Assembly: GCA_000004695.1 (NCBI GenBank)
Contig: CM000155.2
Span: forward strand, 896,001 to 960,000
Source: Dictyostelium discoideum
Taxonomy: Eukaryota
DNA length: 64,000 bases
Reading direction: 5' to 3'
Shown piece by piece: positions 30,086 through 42,072 of this stretch. The notes below the pieces were generated by a model that worked only from the letters and a program-made list of their open reading frames with translations, was not told the origin of the DNA and did not search any database. Position 1 is the first letter of the stretch; every line of letters begins with the position of its first letter. Made by a program: the position numbers and the translations under genes.

Positions 30086-32115
30086 ATGAATAAATTATAT
30101 TTTTCAATTTATTTTATAATTTTATCAATTTTAGTTACTTTATCAAATGGTCAATTATTTCCAATTACTCCAGTCCATTCAGTAAATGTTACATTAATTG
30201 ATAATGCTTCTTCACTAATTAATGCATTCGAATTACATCCATACTCAACAGCCGACTCAAGCTGTAGCTCAAAATTTGAATTCCTTGTTGATGGCAATGG
30301 TGTTCCAATAGAATCCGTTGTTCTTTCTAAAGGTTGGCCACAAGAAAGATTAAGAGTCAGTGATTCAAAAATAGTATATTTATATTATGATTATAATGGT
30401 TTTGGTTCATATAATGTTACTATTAATATTAAATTAAAAGATACTCCATTAGTTCAATACCAATTAGAATTTTCATGCACTGGTAAGTAATAACATTTAT
30501 TAAAAAATAAAATAAAATAAAAATATATATATATATGTATTTACTAATATTTATTTACCAATAGAATTTGACTTAAGTAAAATTGAAATTAAATTTGCTC
30601 AAGAATATCCATTTTCTGTAGTCAACCAAAATTTTGCATCATGGGTTACTGTTAAAGGTTTTGATATTAAATCTACATCTTTATCAACCAGTGGTTCATC
30701 AGGTACTTTCGGTGCATATGGTATGTTTATTTGGAACACACAATATATTGTGGATCATGTATATGAAGATTGGAGTGTTACAATTTTATTTTATGGTGGT
30801 AAAACTTTAAATCTTACTACAAAATCATATTATTCTCAATGTATGTATTCTTTTTTTTTTTTTTTCAAAATATTATTAATATTTTATTTTTAAAAGGGTT
30901 ATTAATATTTAAAAAATTTTAATTTTTTATTTTTATTATTATTTTTTAGATGAAAATCAATTACCACCATTACCATATGAAACTAAATTCTTCCCACCAG
31001 ACATTCTTGATTCTGAACCATTTAATCCATTTGGATTTTATAGTTTCCCATTATCTAAATTTAAAATTAATACAACAATCTTTAGACCTTTCCAAGTTTT
31101 AAATGTTGTAAACTATGGTTCAATTTTATCATTCCCAACCAAAGGTATTAAAGGTGATATGGAATATAGTACCCTTTTTTTAAAAGTAACAGGTGAAAAC
31201 GTTAATGAAATAGATTTTACAATTATTAATCAAAATGGTCATAATCCACTTGTTAAAACTAATTTTACAATTGAATATAATAGTAAGTTTTATTATATAT
31301 ATATTTTTTTTATTATTATATTTTAAATAGTTTTTATTAATAATATATTTTCTTTTTATAGAATTCTTTTTCCCAAATTTATCAAATGTTCCAGTTAATC
31401 TTGAAGTTGAAAGTGATATGTTTTGTACATCATTTTCAAATAACTTTTTTAAATATACAAGTTATTTATATCAATTCGATACCAATTCTGTCGTAAAAGG
31501 TTTCCCATATGGTTTCTCTGGTGATAACAATAATTATAAAAATAATATTTGTTTTGAAAGAACACCACAAGCTACTTATATAAATTTTAGAACTGAAAAC
31601 AACTATGATGATTATAAAACTTTTAATGTTCCAGAATTACGTCGTAAGTTAACAAAAAAAAAAAAAAAAAAAAAAAAACTATTAAAGTCAAAATATTATT
31701 TTTTTTTAAATATTAATTTTATAAATAATTTTATTATTATTATAGCATATGAATTTTCACCAATAAAAGTTGAATCATATAATATTTTAACAGTTTCACC
31801 AACAAAATTCCTTTTAACAATTAATATTTCTTCAAGTGTTGGTATTAATGCAGTACAATTTTTATCAACAGTTTCAAAATCAAGTTATGAATTTTTAATT
31901 AGTGGTGATAAATATAATGGTACTTATCAAGCTGTTATCGATGTTTATAATACTCCATCATTTAGAGATGAAAATGGTAATTGGTTAAGACTTTATGATG
32001 GTTCAATCGTTTCTAGTGATCCAATAGTTTATTTTAAATTACCATCAATTCCAAGTATGTATAAAATTTTAAAAAATTTATAAATTTGTTTATTTATTTT
32101 AAACTAATTAAATAA

Positions 32116-32153
<38 letters not shown>

Positions 32154-34902
32154 CAATTTAGGATCAGTCGGCTATAATTCATTTTCAAATATTACATTTT
32201 TATATGATAATATTAATATGACAAGGGATCAAGATTTTTATAATATTGCATATTTAGAAAATGATGAAATTCCACGTGATTTACCATTTTCATTAATTTC
32301 TTTAGATCCAGTAACTTATTCTTATTTAACTTCAGTTAGATTAATTAATAATATTATGTACCCATTCACTTTTGATCCAACCATTAATAAATTCACAAGT
32401 AAATTTGTTATTCCAGCAAATACTGCATTCGATAAGATTTCATTTGCAATTATTGGTGGTTTATCAACAGAATTTTATTATTCAGGTTTTACAATTAATA
32501 ATTCACCAGCTTTCGATAATGAAGGTCCATTATTTAGTGAATTCTACAAAGTAAATGAAAATACTACTTATTCCTCTTTAGGTTATCCAAAAACTTCTGG
32601 TTGGAGATTTAGAATCACTGATAAATACAATGGTTTCAGAAATGGTTTTATTAAAGCTATGGGTTCAGTTGATAGTACAATTATTAAATTAAACTTCACT
32701 GTCCACGATAGACTTAATGGTGATAAACACGATGGTTTATATGAACTTTTACTCGCTTTAGTACCAGAACAATGTATCACACAACAATATACTATCACTC
32801 ACGTTGAACTTTATGATGACAATAACATTAGTTCAATTTTCAAACTTTATTCACCAGATTATTACTTAAAGAATCCATTCATTAATATTTATGCTCAAGG
32901 TTTAGAAGTTACTACAATCTCTACATTCTGTAGTGAACCAATTATTGACGTTTTACCAACTCTTTCCCAATTCAGAGTTTACAATCAATCTGTTGATGTT
33001 GGTTCTGGTAATAGAAGAGTTTCATTTAGTTTTGAAGCATCATCAGATAGTGGTATGAAAAGATCACAAGCACCAATTATTTATCTCACAACAAATTTAT
33101 TTGAAATCGTTGAATGTGAAACAAAATTTATTATGATTACACCAATATCCAATCTTTACTCTTGTTCAGTTGATCTTCCATTCTCATTTGGTTATCCAGG
33201 TAAATTATTTTTGTCAGTTTATGGTTTAATCAATAATGGTGGTAAATATGGTGGTGCTAGTACAAAGGATTTACGTGATCTCGGTTTCCAATATTCTATT
33301 GATACTCAATTCACAAATTATACTCCAGTTATTACTCAAAATGATAATATTTTATCCGTTCATTCAGATTTAGTATTCTTTGGTTATGGTTTCAATAAAG
33401 TTGTTGATGTAATTGTTAGATATAAAAATCAAGAACCAGTTCATATTGCACCAACTCAAATCTTTGGTTCAACTGCAATTAAACTTCAAATTACTCCAAC
33501 TGAATATCAATTTACTATTCAAGTTGTAAATAGTGAAGGTATTTATTCAAATGAATATAAAATTAATCCAATAATTTGGAGATATCAATTTAATCCAACT
33601 GAAACACCAACTGAAACTCCAACTGAAACTCCAACTCAAACACCAACTCAAACACCAACTGAAACTCCAACCCAAACTCCAACTGAAACTCCAACTGAAA
33701 CTCCAACTGAAACTCCAACTGAAACTCCAACTGAAACTCCAACTGAAACTCCAACTGAAACTCCAACTGAAACTCCAACTCAAACTCCAACTGAAACTCC
33801 AACTGAAACTCCAACTCAAACTCCAACTGAAACTCCAACCCAAACCCCAACACAAACACCAACACCAACACCAAACCCAGGTAATTGTAATGTTAGTGTT
33901 ACCCTAAAGGTTACTTCTCAATGGGTTGAAAATAATCAAAACTTTATACAAGTTGAGGCAACTATTTTCAATTATGGTCAATCAGAAATCACTGGTTTTT
34001 CATTCCAATTATTTAATATTATCAGTATTTGGAATGTTGATCAAACATCATTCAATAGCTACAGTCTTCCAATTTGGTTACCAGCCATTCAAGTTGGTTC
34101 ATCATTCAGTTTTGGTTATATTCAAAAAACTGATACTGTTGTCCCACTCTCCTCCCAATCAGTTGTATGTCAAGAAATTCCAACCCCATCCCCAACTCCA
34201 TCACCATCCCCATGTATGATTAATGTTTCTCAAAGTATCGTTAATTCATGGAGAGAAAATACTCAAGACTTTATTCAAGTTGAAGTAAACCTTAAAAACA
34301 TTGGTCAAAATACCGTTTACCAATTCTCATTCGAAATATTTGATCTTGTTAACATTTGGGGCGTTGAATTATTATCAAATAATACTTATCAACTCCCAAG
34401 TTGGGTATATAGTATCCCAGTTGGTTCATCTCACAATTTTGGTTATATCCAAAAATCAAACCATCTTTTACCAATTTATTCACAATTACCAACTTGTCAA
34501 GTAACTCCAACTCCAACACCAACTCAAACTCCAACTCAAACTCCAACTGAAACCCCAACTCCAACCGAAACTCCAACCGAAACTCCAACTCAAACTCCAA
34601 CTCAAACACCAACTCAATCACCAATTCCAAGACCAATAACTTGTTCAAAACTTGATGATGTTCTTAATTTCAATAGCACAGAAACTATTTACTGTAAAGG
34701 TAGAGGTCCAACCTACTGTATTGATGGCTATGGTTCAGAATGTGAAACCAACGATGTTGATGGAAGAATTAAATGTACAACAAAGAGCAATTTCATGAGC
34801 TGTAAGGGTGATCATTTAGTTTGTAAATCAAACTATCTTACATGTAAAGTCAATATTTCTGAAGGTACACCATTCCATGTTCACGATTCTTCTTTACAAT
34901 AA
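30086..34902 (+). CDS. Large secreted glycoprotein with two tandem CBM49-like carbohydrate (cellulose)-binding modules, Pro-Thr (PTETPTQT)n linkers and a C-terminal Cys-rich tail. Six exons: 30086..30482, 30565..30840, 30950..31282, 31362..31643, 31746..32054, 32162..34902
   Basis: Signal peptide MNKLYFSIYFIILSILVTLSNG. Five introns (GTAAGT or GTATGT donors, TAG acceptors) are all phase 1, and each internal exon is a multiple of 3 nt. The two ~95-aa modules are C.V...V.SW.EN.Q.FIQVE....N.GQ......F......IW.V........Y.LP.W......G.S..FGYI.K and match the CBM49 pattern (..SW...GQ.YYQ.EV.I.N.......L..........WG.......Y.FPSW...L..G.S..F.YI). (ACT-CCA/ACA-CCA) repeats encode mucin-like PT linkers at 33590..33870 and 34500..34620. 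Confidence 0.55.
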
Positions 34903-35228
34903 AATATTTTAAATAACCTATCAAAGAAATAAATAAATTTTAAAATTTCTTTTTTAAATTATCTCTTTCCAAATAATTTTTTTTTTTTTCTTTCTTTACT
35001 AATTTTATTTATTTATTTTTAAAATAATATAATAATAAAAAAAAAGTTTTTAAGAAACTACAACACTAACCAAGCTTATATTTAAATTCTTTAAGTTTAA
35101 TTGAATGAATATCATTACAATTTATTACAATTTTAATTTTTCTTTTTCTTTTTCTCTAAAAAAAAAAAAAAAAAAATAATATTATTTAAAATATTATTTT
35201 TTTTTATATATTTATATATGTTTAAATA

Positions 35229-36154
35229 TTAATTTTGAATAAAGGATTCAACCATAGCCAAAGCAGCGACAGGTGCTTCTCTTGGTGCCATATGAGATGC
35301 TCCAAGAAGAACTTGCATTGTAAGATTATCATATGATTGTGAATAACCAGAAATTGTATTACCATTAATATATAAAATTTTTCTTGGTGAGTTATTAAAT
35401 TCTTGATTGTATTTCCATTTAAGTTGAGAAGTCCATTCAGTACTACCTAAGAAATTACAAATCCAATCATAGTTTCTATTTTATTTAATTTTTATTTTTT
35501 TTTTTTTAGGAAATGTTGTATATTAGTATTTATAAATACTAATTTTTAATGATGATGAATTTGTATATAGGTGGTGTAATAAATAAAATAAAATAAAATA
35601 AATAAAAAAACATACCCATTATAAACTAAAACTTTATAATTTTCTAATAAAGTTGGAATATAATTAATTGGTGTATTAAACCAATCTCTAATGATAGCAC
35701 TATATGGTTGAGTACTACAAACATTCCAAGTAGAATTTGGTAAAACTCCAAATGATTGTTTGGTTGATGCTAAATTAAGGTAATCAATGATAGCTGTAAA
35801 GTTATAACAAAGTGGTTCATTTGGATAACATGTCTTTGATACATCATATACATTGAAATTACCTGCATACTCTTGAACGATATCCATAATGTTATTACAA
35901 ATTTGAGTGGTCATATTATAATCACCTGAATCTATTGCTTGTTGACATGATTCATATAATCCTTCAGTTTCCTTTAATGCATTAATATCAAGCATACCAT
36001 GTGCATATGCAAATGGTCCAAGTGATCCATATTGAATGTATGGGTCAACCATACCATTACCAATTGCAAGACCTTTAAGATTAATTGTTGCTAATCCTAA
36101 ATTCTTTTGATAAATATAATATGAAAAACTTGGTACATAATGACCCTATAAAAA

Positions 36155-36190
<36 letters not shown>

Positions 36191-36834
36191 TAGTGTTAAA
36201 TATACTATTTATGTATTATTTTCACTATATATAGTGGCGGTAGTGGTGATGGTGGTAAATAAATAACTTACTGCATATGATTCACCAAAAATATATAATG
36301 GTAATTTAGAATATTTTGGATATTTTGAAAGGAATTGAGTTAAGAATGAATATAAATTTTCAGAAATCTCTGTTTCTGTAGTACTATAACCATCACTATC
36401 AACAACATAACTGAAACCGGCACCTAATGGAGAATCTACATATAAAACATTTGCAACCATATTCCATGAATTTGGATTTTCTGATAAAGTTAAATTATCA
36501 TTTACAAAATATGGTCCATTTTCATAAACTATTAAAAAAAAAAAAAAAAAAAATATAAAAAAAAAAGAATTTATTAGTATATGCACGTGTAACTTTACAA
36601 TAAAAAAAAACACTTACAAGCTGCCATTAAAGATGAACAACCTGGACCACCTGTAAGCCAAAGAATTAATGGATCAGTTGATGGAGAATTTTGTGATTCA
36701 TAAAATAAATAAAACAAATTTGCATTTGTTGTTTCATTAACATTGAAATAACCACTTAATTGTAAAGTTGGTGTACTATTTGATACATTTATTACAAAAA
36801 TTATTGAAATAATAATAAATAATAATTTCATCAT
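35229..36834 (-). CDS. Serine carboxypeptidase (peptidase S10). Four exons: 36834..36618, 36528..36272, 36145..35616, 35475..35229
   Basis: The spliced product reads [20 protein letters not shown]...[17 protein letters not shown]|[12 protein letters not shown]...[15 protein letters not shown]...[10 protein letters not shown]|[15 protein letters not shown]...LVYNG|[20 protein letters not shown]...[26 protein letters not shown]. All S10 hallmarks are present: GGPGCSS, the GESYAG catalytic-Ser motif, DWICN and the catalytic His in GASHM. Donors GTAAGT at 36617, GTAAGT at 36271 and GTATGT at 35615. Acceptors TAG at 36531..36529, 36148..36146 and 35478..35476. Confidence 0.75.
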
Positions 36835-36899
36835 TTTTGTTCGTTTCTTTGTTGAATGTTTGGATTAAAAAAATGAAAATTCCGTTTTTTTGTTTTATT

Positions 36900-36943
<44 letters not shown>

Positions 36944-37441
36944 TGCTATTCCAATTTTATTTTTATTTTTATTTTTATTTTGAAAAATAAAATGAATTTT
37001 CATTTGCATTTTTTTTTTTTTTCTTTATTCTTTTATACTTTTTTTATCTTTAATTTTCTTTGCTAATTAGCAAACCCAGTTTCGTTTTTATAATAAGAAT
37101 TATTAAAAAAAAAAAAAAAAAAAAAATAAGAATAATAAAAAAAAAAAAAAAATAAAAATAAAAATAATAAAATAAAAAAAAAAAGAAAATTGATGAAACC
37201 ATTCTGTTTTTTTTTTTTTTTTTTTTTTTAAGATTTAAATATTATAAAAAATAATAAGAAATTATTATAAAAAAGTTAATAAATATTTAATTTAAGTTTA
37301 TTATATACTTTTTTTTTTTTTGCACAAGAAGAAAAAAAAGAAGGGAGTGTCACTAAAAAAATGTTAAAAAATTAATTTAGATAAAAATAACAATTATTTT
37401 TATTGAAAAATTTTTTATTTTATTATTAAAAATTTAATAAA

Positions 37442-37902
37442 CTATTTTTTTAATTGTTTTTTTGGAAGGTCTATGTACAAAGTTCCATAAATATTCTAAA
37501 AATAAAAAGTGTAAGTTTTTTTTTATTTTTTTATTTTTTTTATTTTTTTAAATAATAGAGATTATTTACATATATATCTTGTAAAAGAGAAATAGTAATG
37601 GCACTAATATTATTCATATCATTAAAAAAATTATTTGGATTATCTTGATATTGCAAAATAGTTTGGAAAATTGTTGTTAAAATGTGAGTGATATTTCTTG
37701 ACATTGTACCATGCTTTTCTCCATCAGGTTTTAAATGGGAAATAATAAATTTTATAATTATTGCAATTACATGAATTATAGATTTCCATTCATCATTAAC
37801 ATTAGAATGAAGAATAGTTTTAATAATAATTATTCCTATATTCTCCCATACTTCAATTCCATCCATTTTTTTTTTTTTTTTTAAAAAAAATTTAACCAAC
37901 AA
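37442..37902 (-). CDS. Small hypothetical protein, possibly 2 exons: 37902..37570 (or starting at MDG 37866), 37495..37442
   Basis: ORF MDGIEVWENIGIIIIKTILHSNVNDEWKSIIHVIAIIIKF...SLLQDIY, then a GTAAAT donor at 37569. Acceptor TAG at 37498..37496 precedes NIYGTLYIDLPKKQLKK*. No confident homology. Confidence 0.3.
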
Positions 37903-38203
37903 ATAAAAAAAATAAAAAATAAAAAAATAAAATATAAAAGGTTTATTTATTTATTTATTTATTTATAAATTAAATTACAATTTTATTTTTTCTTTAATTT
38001 TTTAATTATTAAAATCGATGGTAATTTTTTTTTTATTTTTAAATAAATCACACCCACTTCAAAGTTTATTTTTAATTTAAGTTTTCAAAAGGGGGGGGGG
38101 GGGTTAAAGAATATATTTTAAAATTAAAATTTAGATAAAAAACATAAAATGTATTATTGTAGTGGTTTATATACTTTATTTTTTATTATTATTTTTATTT
38201 TGA

Positions 38204-38718
38204 TTATCTTATTAATTGATAATGAACACGTTTTGGTTTTGAACAATATTTTTTGTATAAATATAATGATATTGAACCAATTATTAATAAAATGAAAATT
38301 GATACAATTATTACAATTGGGATTGTCCAATTCATATGGTTATTATTATTGTTATTATTATTATTTGAAGTATTATTAATAATAATTGTTGTTGTTGTAT
38401 TTGGTGAGGTTGAACCATTAATTAATAAACAATAAGGATTGATAGTATTATCAATTAGAATATAACCATTATCACAATAGCATATATACAATCGATCATT
38501 TACCATTGAATTTGAATCTAAACTCCAATCAGAAAAAAATGAATAATTACAATTTGCACTTCCACAAACTTTTTCTGCAATTGTTCCAAAACATTGATCA
38601 ATGTTACAACTTTTACCACTTGATGATAATTTAAAACCACTTTCACAAAAACAATTATTAAATACTTGATTTGTATAATTACATTTTGCGGTACCACACT
38701 CACTACAAATTTCATTTC
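38204..38718 (-). CDS. EGF-like single-pass membrane protein, paralog A (3' exon only; the 5' exons could not be found and may be degenerate)
   Basis: Frame open from acceptor ccaaaag|GA at 38720/38718 to TAA at 38204. It encodes NEICSECGTAKCNYTNQVFNNCFCESGFKLSSSGKSCNIDQCFGTIAEKVCGSANC...YICYCDNGYILIDNTINPYCL (EGF-like C.C..GY spacing), then an N-rich stalk, a TM (TIPIVIIVSIFILLIIGSISLYLY) and a short basic tail. It is homologous to the last exon of paralog B and enters in the same phase (1). Confidence 0.4.
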
Positions 38719-38725
38719 CTTTTGG

Positions 38726-38763
<38 letters not shown>

Positions 38764-38768
38764 ACCCC

Positions 38769-38809
<41 letters not shown>

Positions 38810-39132
38810 TTTTATCCTTCCCTAGATTATTGTTAATTAAAATAAATAAAATTATGATATAGTATATTATCATCTTTATAAAATCCATGAATAAAAGAAA
38901 AAAAAAAATTAAAAATTAAAAAAAAAAAAAAAAAGTAAAAAAAATAAAAAAAAAAAAAATTAAAAATATTAATAATAAAAATTGTTTAAAAAGGTGTCAA
39001 TTAAATTATTTATTTATTTTTTTTTGAAAAAACACTAAATAAATTATTTTTTTATTTTTTTTTTATTTTTTTTTATTATAGAATTATAATTCCAATATTT
39101 TTTTATTTTATATATTTATTTATTTATTTTAT

Positions 39133-40330
39133 TTATAACAATGGTTGAGAATCTAATGAATTATCATCTTCATCATAATAATAATTATTATTATTTGTTT
39201 TTGTTGTAATTGTTTTAGATTTTTTATATTTAAAAAATTTAACATAAATAAACATTGAGATACAAAATATAAATAAAAGACCAATTACTGAAACCATGAT
39301 TGAGACTGGTATTTTCCATTTTGAAGAATCTGGATTATCTACACAACTTACATCACCATTATCTGAAATGAATAAATGAGTTTTTTCATTTAAACAAACA
39401 CAATTATCATCTTGACCATCATTTTTGCAATCAGCTGAACCACACATTGTAGAATTTGCACATTCACCTTCTTTTTGACAGTATTTAATAATTTCATTAT
39501 CAATTTTTTTATTTTGTAAAGTGAAACCTTCATCACAATAACAATAATAAAGTATGTTATAATCAATTCCATTCTCTATAAAGTGATTTGTAGTTAAATT
39601 ACATTTTGCATAACCACAATCTATTTGAAAATTTTTAATATAACATGTATCAATTTCACATTGCGTACCATTGAATTTATAACCTTCTTTACAAGTACAA
39701 TTATAACCTTTTACTATATTATCAGTATTTTCACATTCTCCATTCCCACCACATACATTTAAATAACAATAATCTTTATCTATTTAAAAATAAATATAAA
39801 ATAAAATAAAATAAGTTTTTAAAATAAAATAATAAAATAATAATTAAATAATTTAATAATAAAAATACTTACATTGACATAAGGTACCATAAAAACCCAA
39901 TGGACATATATCACTACCATAATCCCATGTAAAAACATTAATTGAACCATTCAAACAATTAAATGATGTTGTTGCTGAAGTATGATTTAATTGTATTGAA
40001 GTTGAATTGAAGATTGTGGTTGTTGTGATTAAATTTGGTGAATTATTTAGTGAACAAGTGAAAATATTTAAAAAATGATTTTCATTTGTAAATGATAAAA
40101 TCATTGAATTAAATTCAATTGAATTTTCACCACAATTACCAATTTGATAGAATTGAATTGAATTATCTTGTTTTAATTTACATGAACCCAATGTTAAACT
40201 TTTTTTGAAAATTTTTTGATATCCCCATGATAAAGTAATCCAATCAATTGGGCATGGGGAATATATTTTTGAGTTTCCATAAATTTGATTATATTCATAA
40301 AAATTTTTATTTTTATTTAAACCCTTTTGG

Positions 40331-40368
<38 letters not shown>

Positions 40369-40568
40369 TTGTCAACAAAAAAAAAAAAAAAAATTAAAAA
40401 AAAGTAATAATAAAAAAAGTAATAATTAATATTTACCAATCCACTACCAAAATAAATATTACCTTTGTGACAAATATTTGATAATGAATAATATTCATTT
40501 GGGCATGAATATTCTATTGCAGTTGCATAATTAAAAATAATTAAAACTATTAAAATAAATAACTTCAT
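39133..40568 (-). CDS. EGF-like single-pass membrane protein, paralog B. Three exons: 40568..40437, 40323..39873, 39779..39133
   Basis: Exon 1 is a signal peptide MKLFILIVLIIFNYATA + IEYSCPNEYYSLSNICHKGNIYFGSGL, ending at a GTAAAT donor at 40436. Exon 2 follows (T)n-CCAAAAG|GGT (acceptor at 40325..40324) and encodes KIYSPCPIDW...GSCKLKQDNSIQFYQIGNCGEN...FTWDYGSDICPLGFYGTLCQ. GTAAGT donor at 39872 (phase 1). Exon 3 follows TAG at 39782..39780 and encodes repeated EGF-like units (CGGNGECENTDNIVKGYNCTCKEGYKFNGTQCEIDTC...YYCYCDEGFTLQN...), a TM (IPVSIMVSVIGLLFIFCISMFIYV) and the tail KFFKYKKSK...DSQPLL. Confidence 0.55.
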
Positions 40569-40888
40569 TTTTTTTTTTGAAGAAATAATAATAATAATAA
40601 TAATAATTTACAAAAAAAAAACAATAAAATAAGAAAAAAATTAACTAAAAAAAAAAAAAAAAAAATAAGAAAAAAAAATACAAAAATGGCCAAAAACGAA
40701 TAAAAATAAAATATATCAAAAATATAAAAAAAAAAAAAATTTAAAGATATCTAAATAAAAATATAATATGAAATAAATAAAAAAATAAAAATAAAAACTA
40801 CTACCTATCTAAATGAATATTTAATTTAAATATTTCTTTTTTTTTTATTTTTTATTTTTTTTTTATTTTTTTTTTTTCCTATTTTTAT

Positions 40889-41463
40889 TTATTGTACAAC
40901 TACATAAATTTTAGTTCCAATTGCTGTGACTATAAATGTTTGTTCTGAAAATGAAACTATATAAATAGGAATTGTTTGTTGTTGTTGTTGTTGTTGTTAT
41001 TGTTATAATTAGTAAAATTGAACTCCTATTGGTATATATATAACGACTAAAAATAATACTAAATAAACAATTGAATGAAAATAATAATAATAATAAATAC
41101 CTGTCATTCTTTTAAATTCTTGATTATTTGAAGATGTAATTTTATTGACGTCGTGTAACATTGAAATAATGGTGCTTGCAAATTCTTTATTATTATAGAA
41201 ACTTTCTTGTAAAATACCTGAAGCCTATATTATTATCACAATCATCATTATCATGATTTATTATGAATATTATAATTTAAAACATATAAGAATATGTCCC
41301 GATAAATGAAATTAAGTTAGTAGAAAAAAAAAAAAAAAAAAAAAAAACCCCTAAATATAAGAAAGTTGTGTGTGTAGGATATTATACTTACACTTGAAAT
41401 TGATCCATCTTGTTCAATAGTTAATGAACCTTTAAAATCTTTTAAAATATCTGGTGCGCTCAT
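40889..41463 (-). CDS. lamtor4: Ragulator complex protein LAMTOR4 homolog (roadblock fold). Three small exons: 41463..41392, 41224..41101, 40956..40889. Absent from the ORF track
   Basis: Spliced product (87 aa): MSAPDILKDFKGSLTIEQDGSISS|ASGILQESFYNNKEFASTIISMLHDVNKITSSNNQEFKRMT|GVSFSEQTFIVTAIGTKIYVVVQ. It aligns with human LAMTOR4 ([43 protein letters not shown]...[28 protein letters not shown]). Donor GTAAGT at 41391, acceptor TAG at 41227..41225. Donor GTATTT at 41100 (phase 1), acceptor TAG at 40959..40957. Confidence 0.55.
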
Positions 41464-41559
41464 TGTATTTATATATATATTATGTTGGAAATGTTATTTT
41501 GATTTTAATTTATTTGTTTTTTTTTTTTTTTATGAAAGTTCGATTGAAAAAAAAAAAAA

Positions 41560-41591
<32 letters not shown>

Positions 41592-41758
41592 TTTATTTTT
41601 ATTTTTATTTTTTTTATTTTTTATATTTTTTATTTTTTATTTCACATATTGTGTAACCAAAAAAAAAACAAAATAAAAATAAGAAAAATAAAAAAGAAAT
41701 AAACAAATAAATTTTAAACTTTTGCACTTTTATTTATTTTTTTTTTTTTTTTTTCTAA

Positions 41759-42000
41759 TTAATTGAATTGAATTTTTAATTTATCATCAAAAAGATTATC
41801 ATTATTTGATATTGATTTGAAATTATAATTTAATAAAGAAATGATATTTAAAATTTGTTGATTTTTAATATTTGAAATTATTAATGGTTGAAGATTTAAA
41901 TTAAATTTTTTAATTTGATTTGTATTTTCCATTTTAGTAATTAAATTTGAAATTTCTATATTATATAATTTCAATGAATCAATAAATAAAATTTTATTAC

Positions 42001-42072
<72 letters not shown>

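Noticed and set aside
33547-33874. Minus-strand ORFs translating as SWSFSWS.. and LEFQLEF..
   Set aside because: They are antisense and frame-shifted readings of the (ACTCCAACTGAA)n Pro-Thr linker repeat inside the CBM49 gene. They are repeat artefacts, not genes.
38518-38715. 65-aa minus-strand ORF MKFVVSVVPQ...
   Set aside because: It is a wrong-frame reading of the EGF-like exon of paralog A. The frame carrying CxC..GY motifs, the TM and the stop is the adjacent one.
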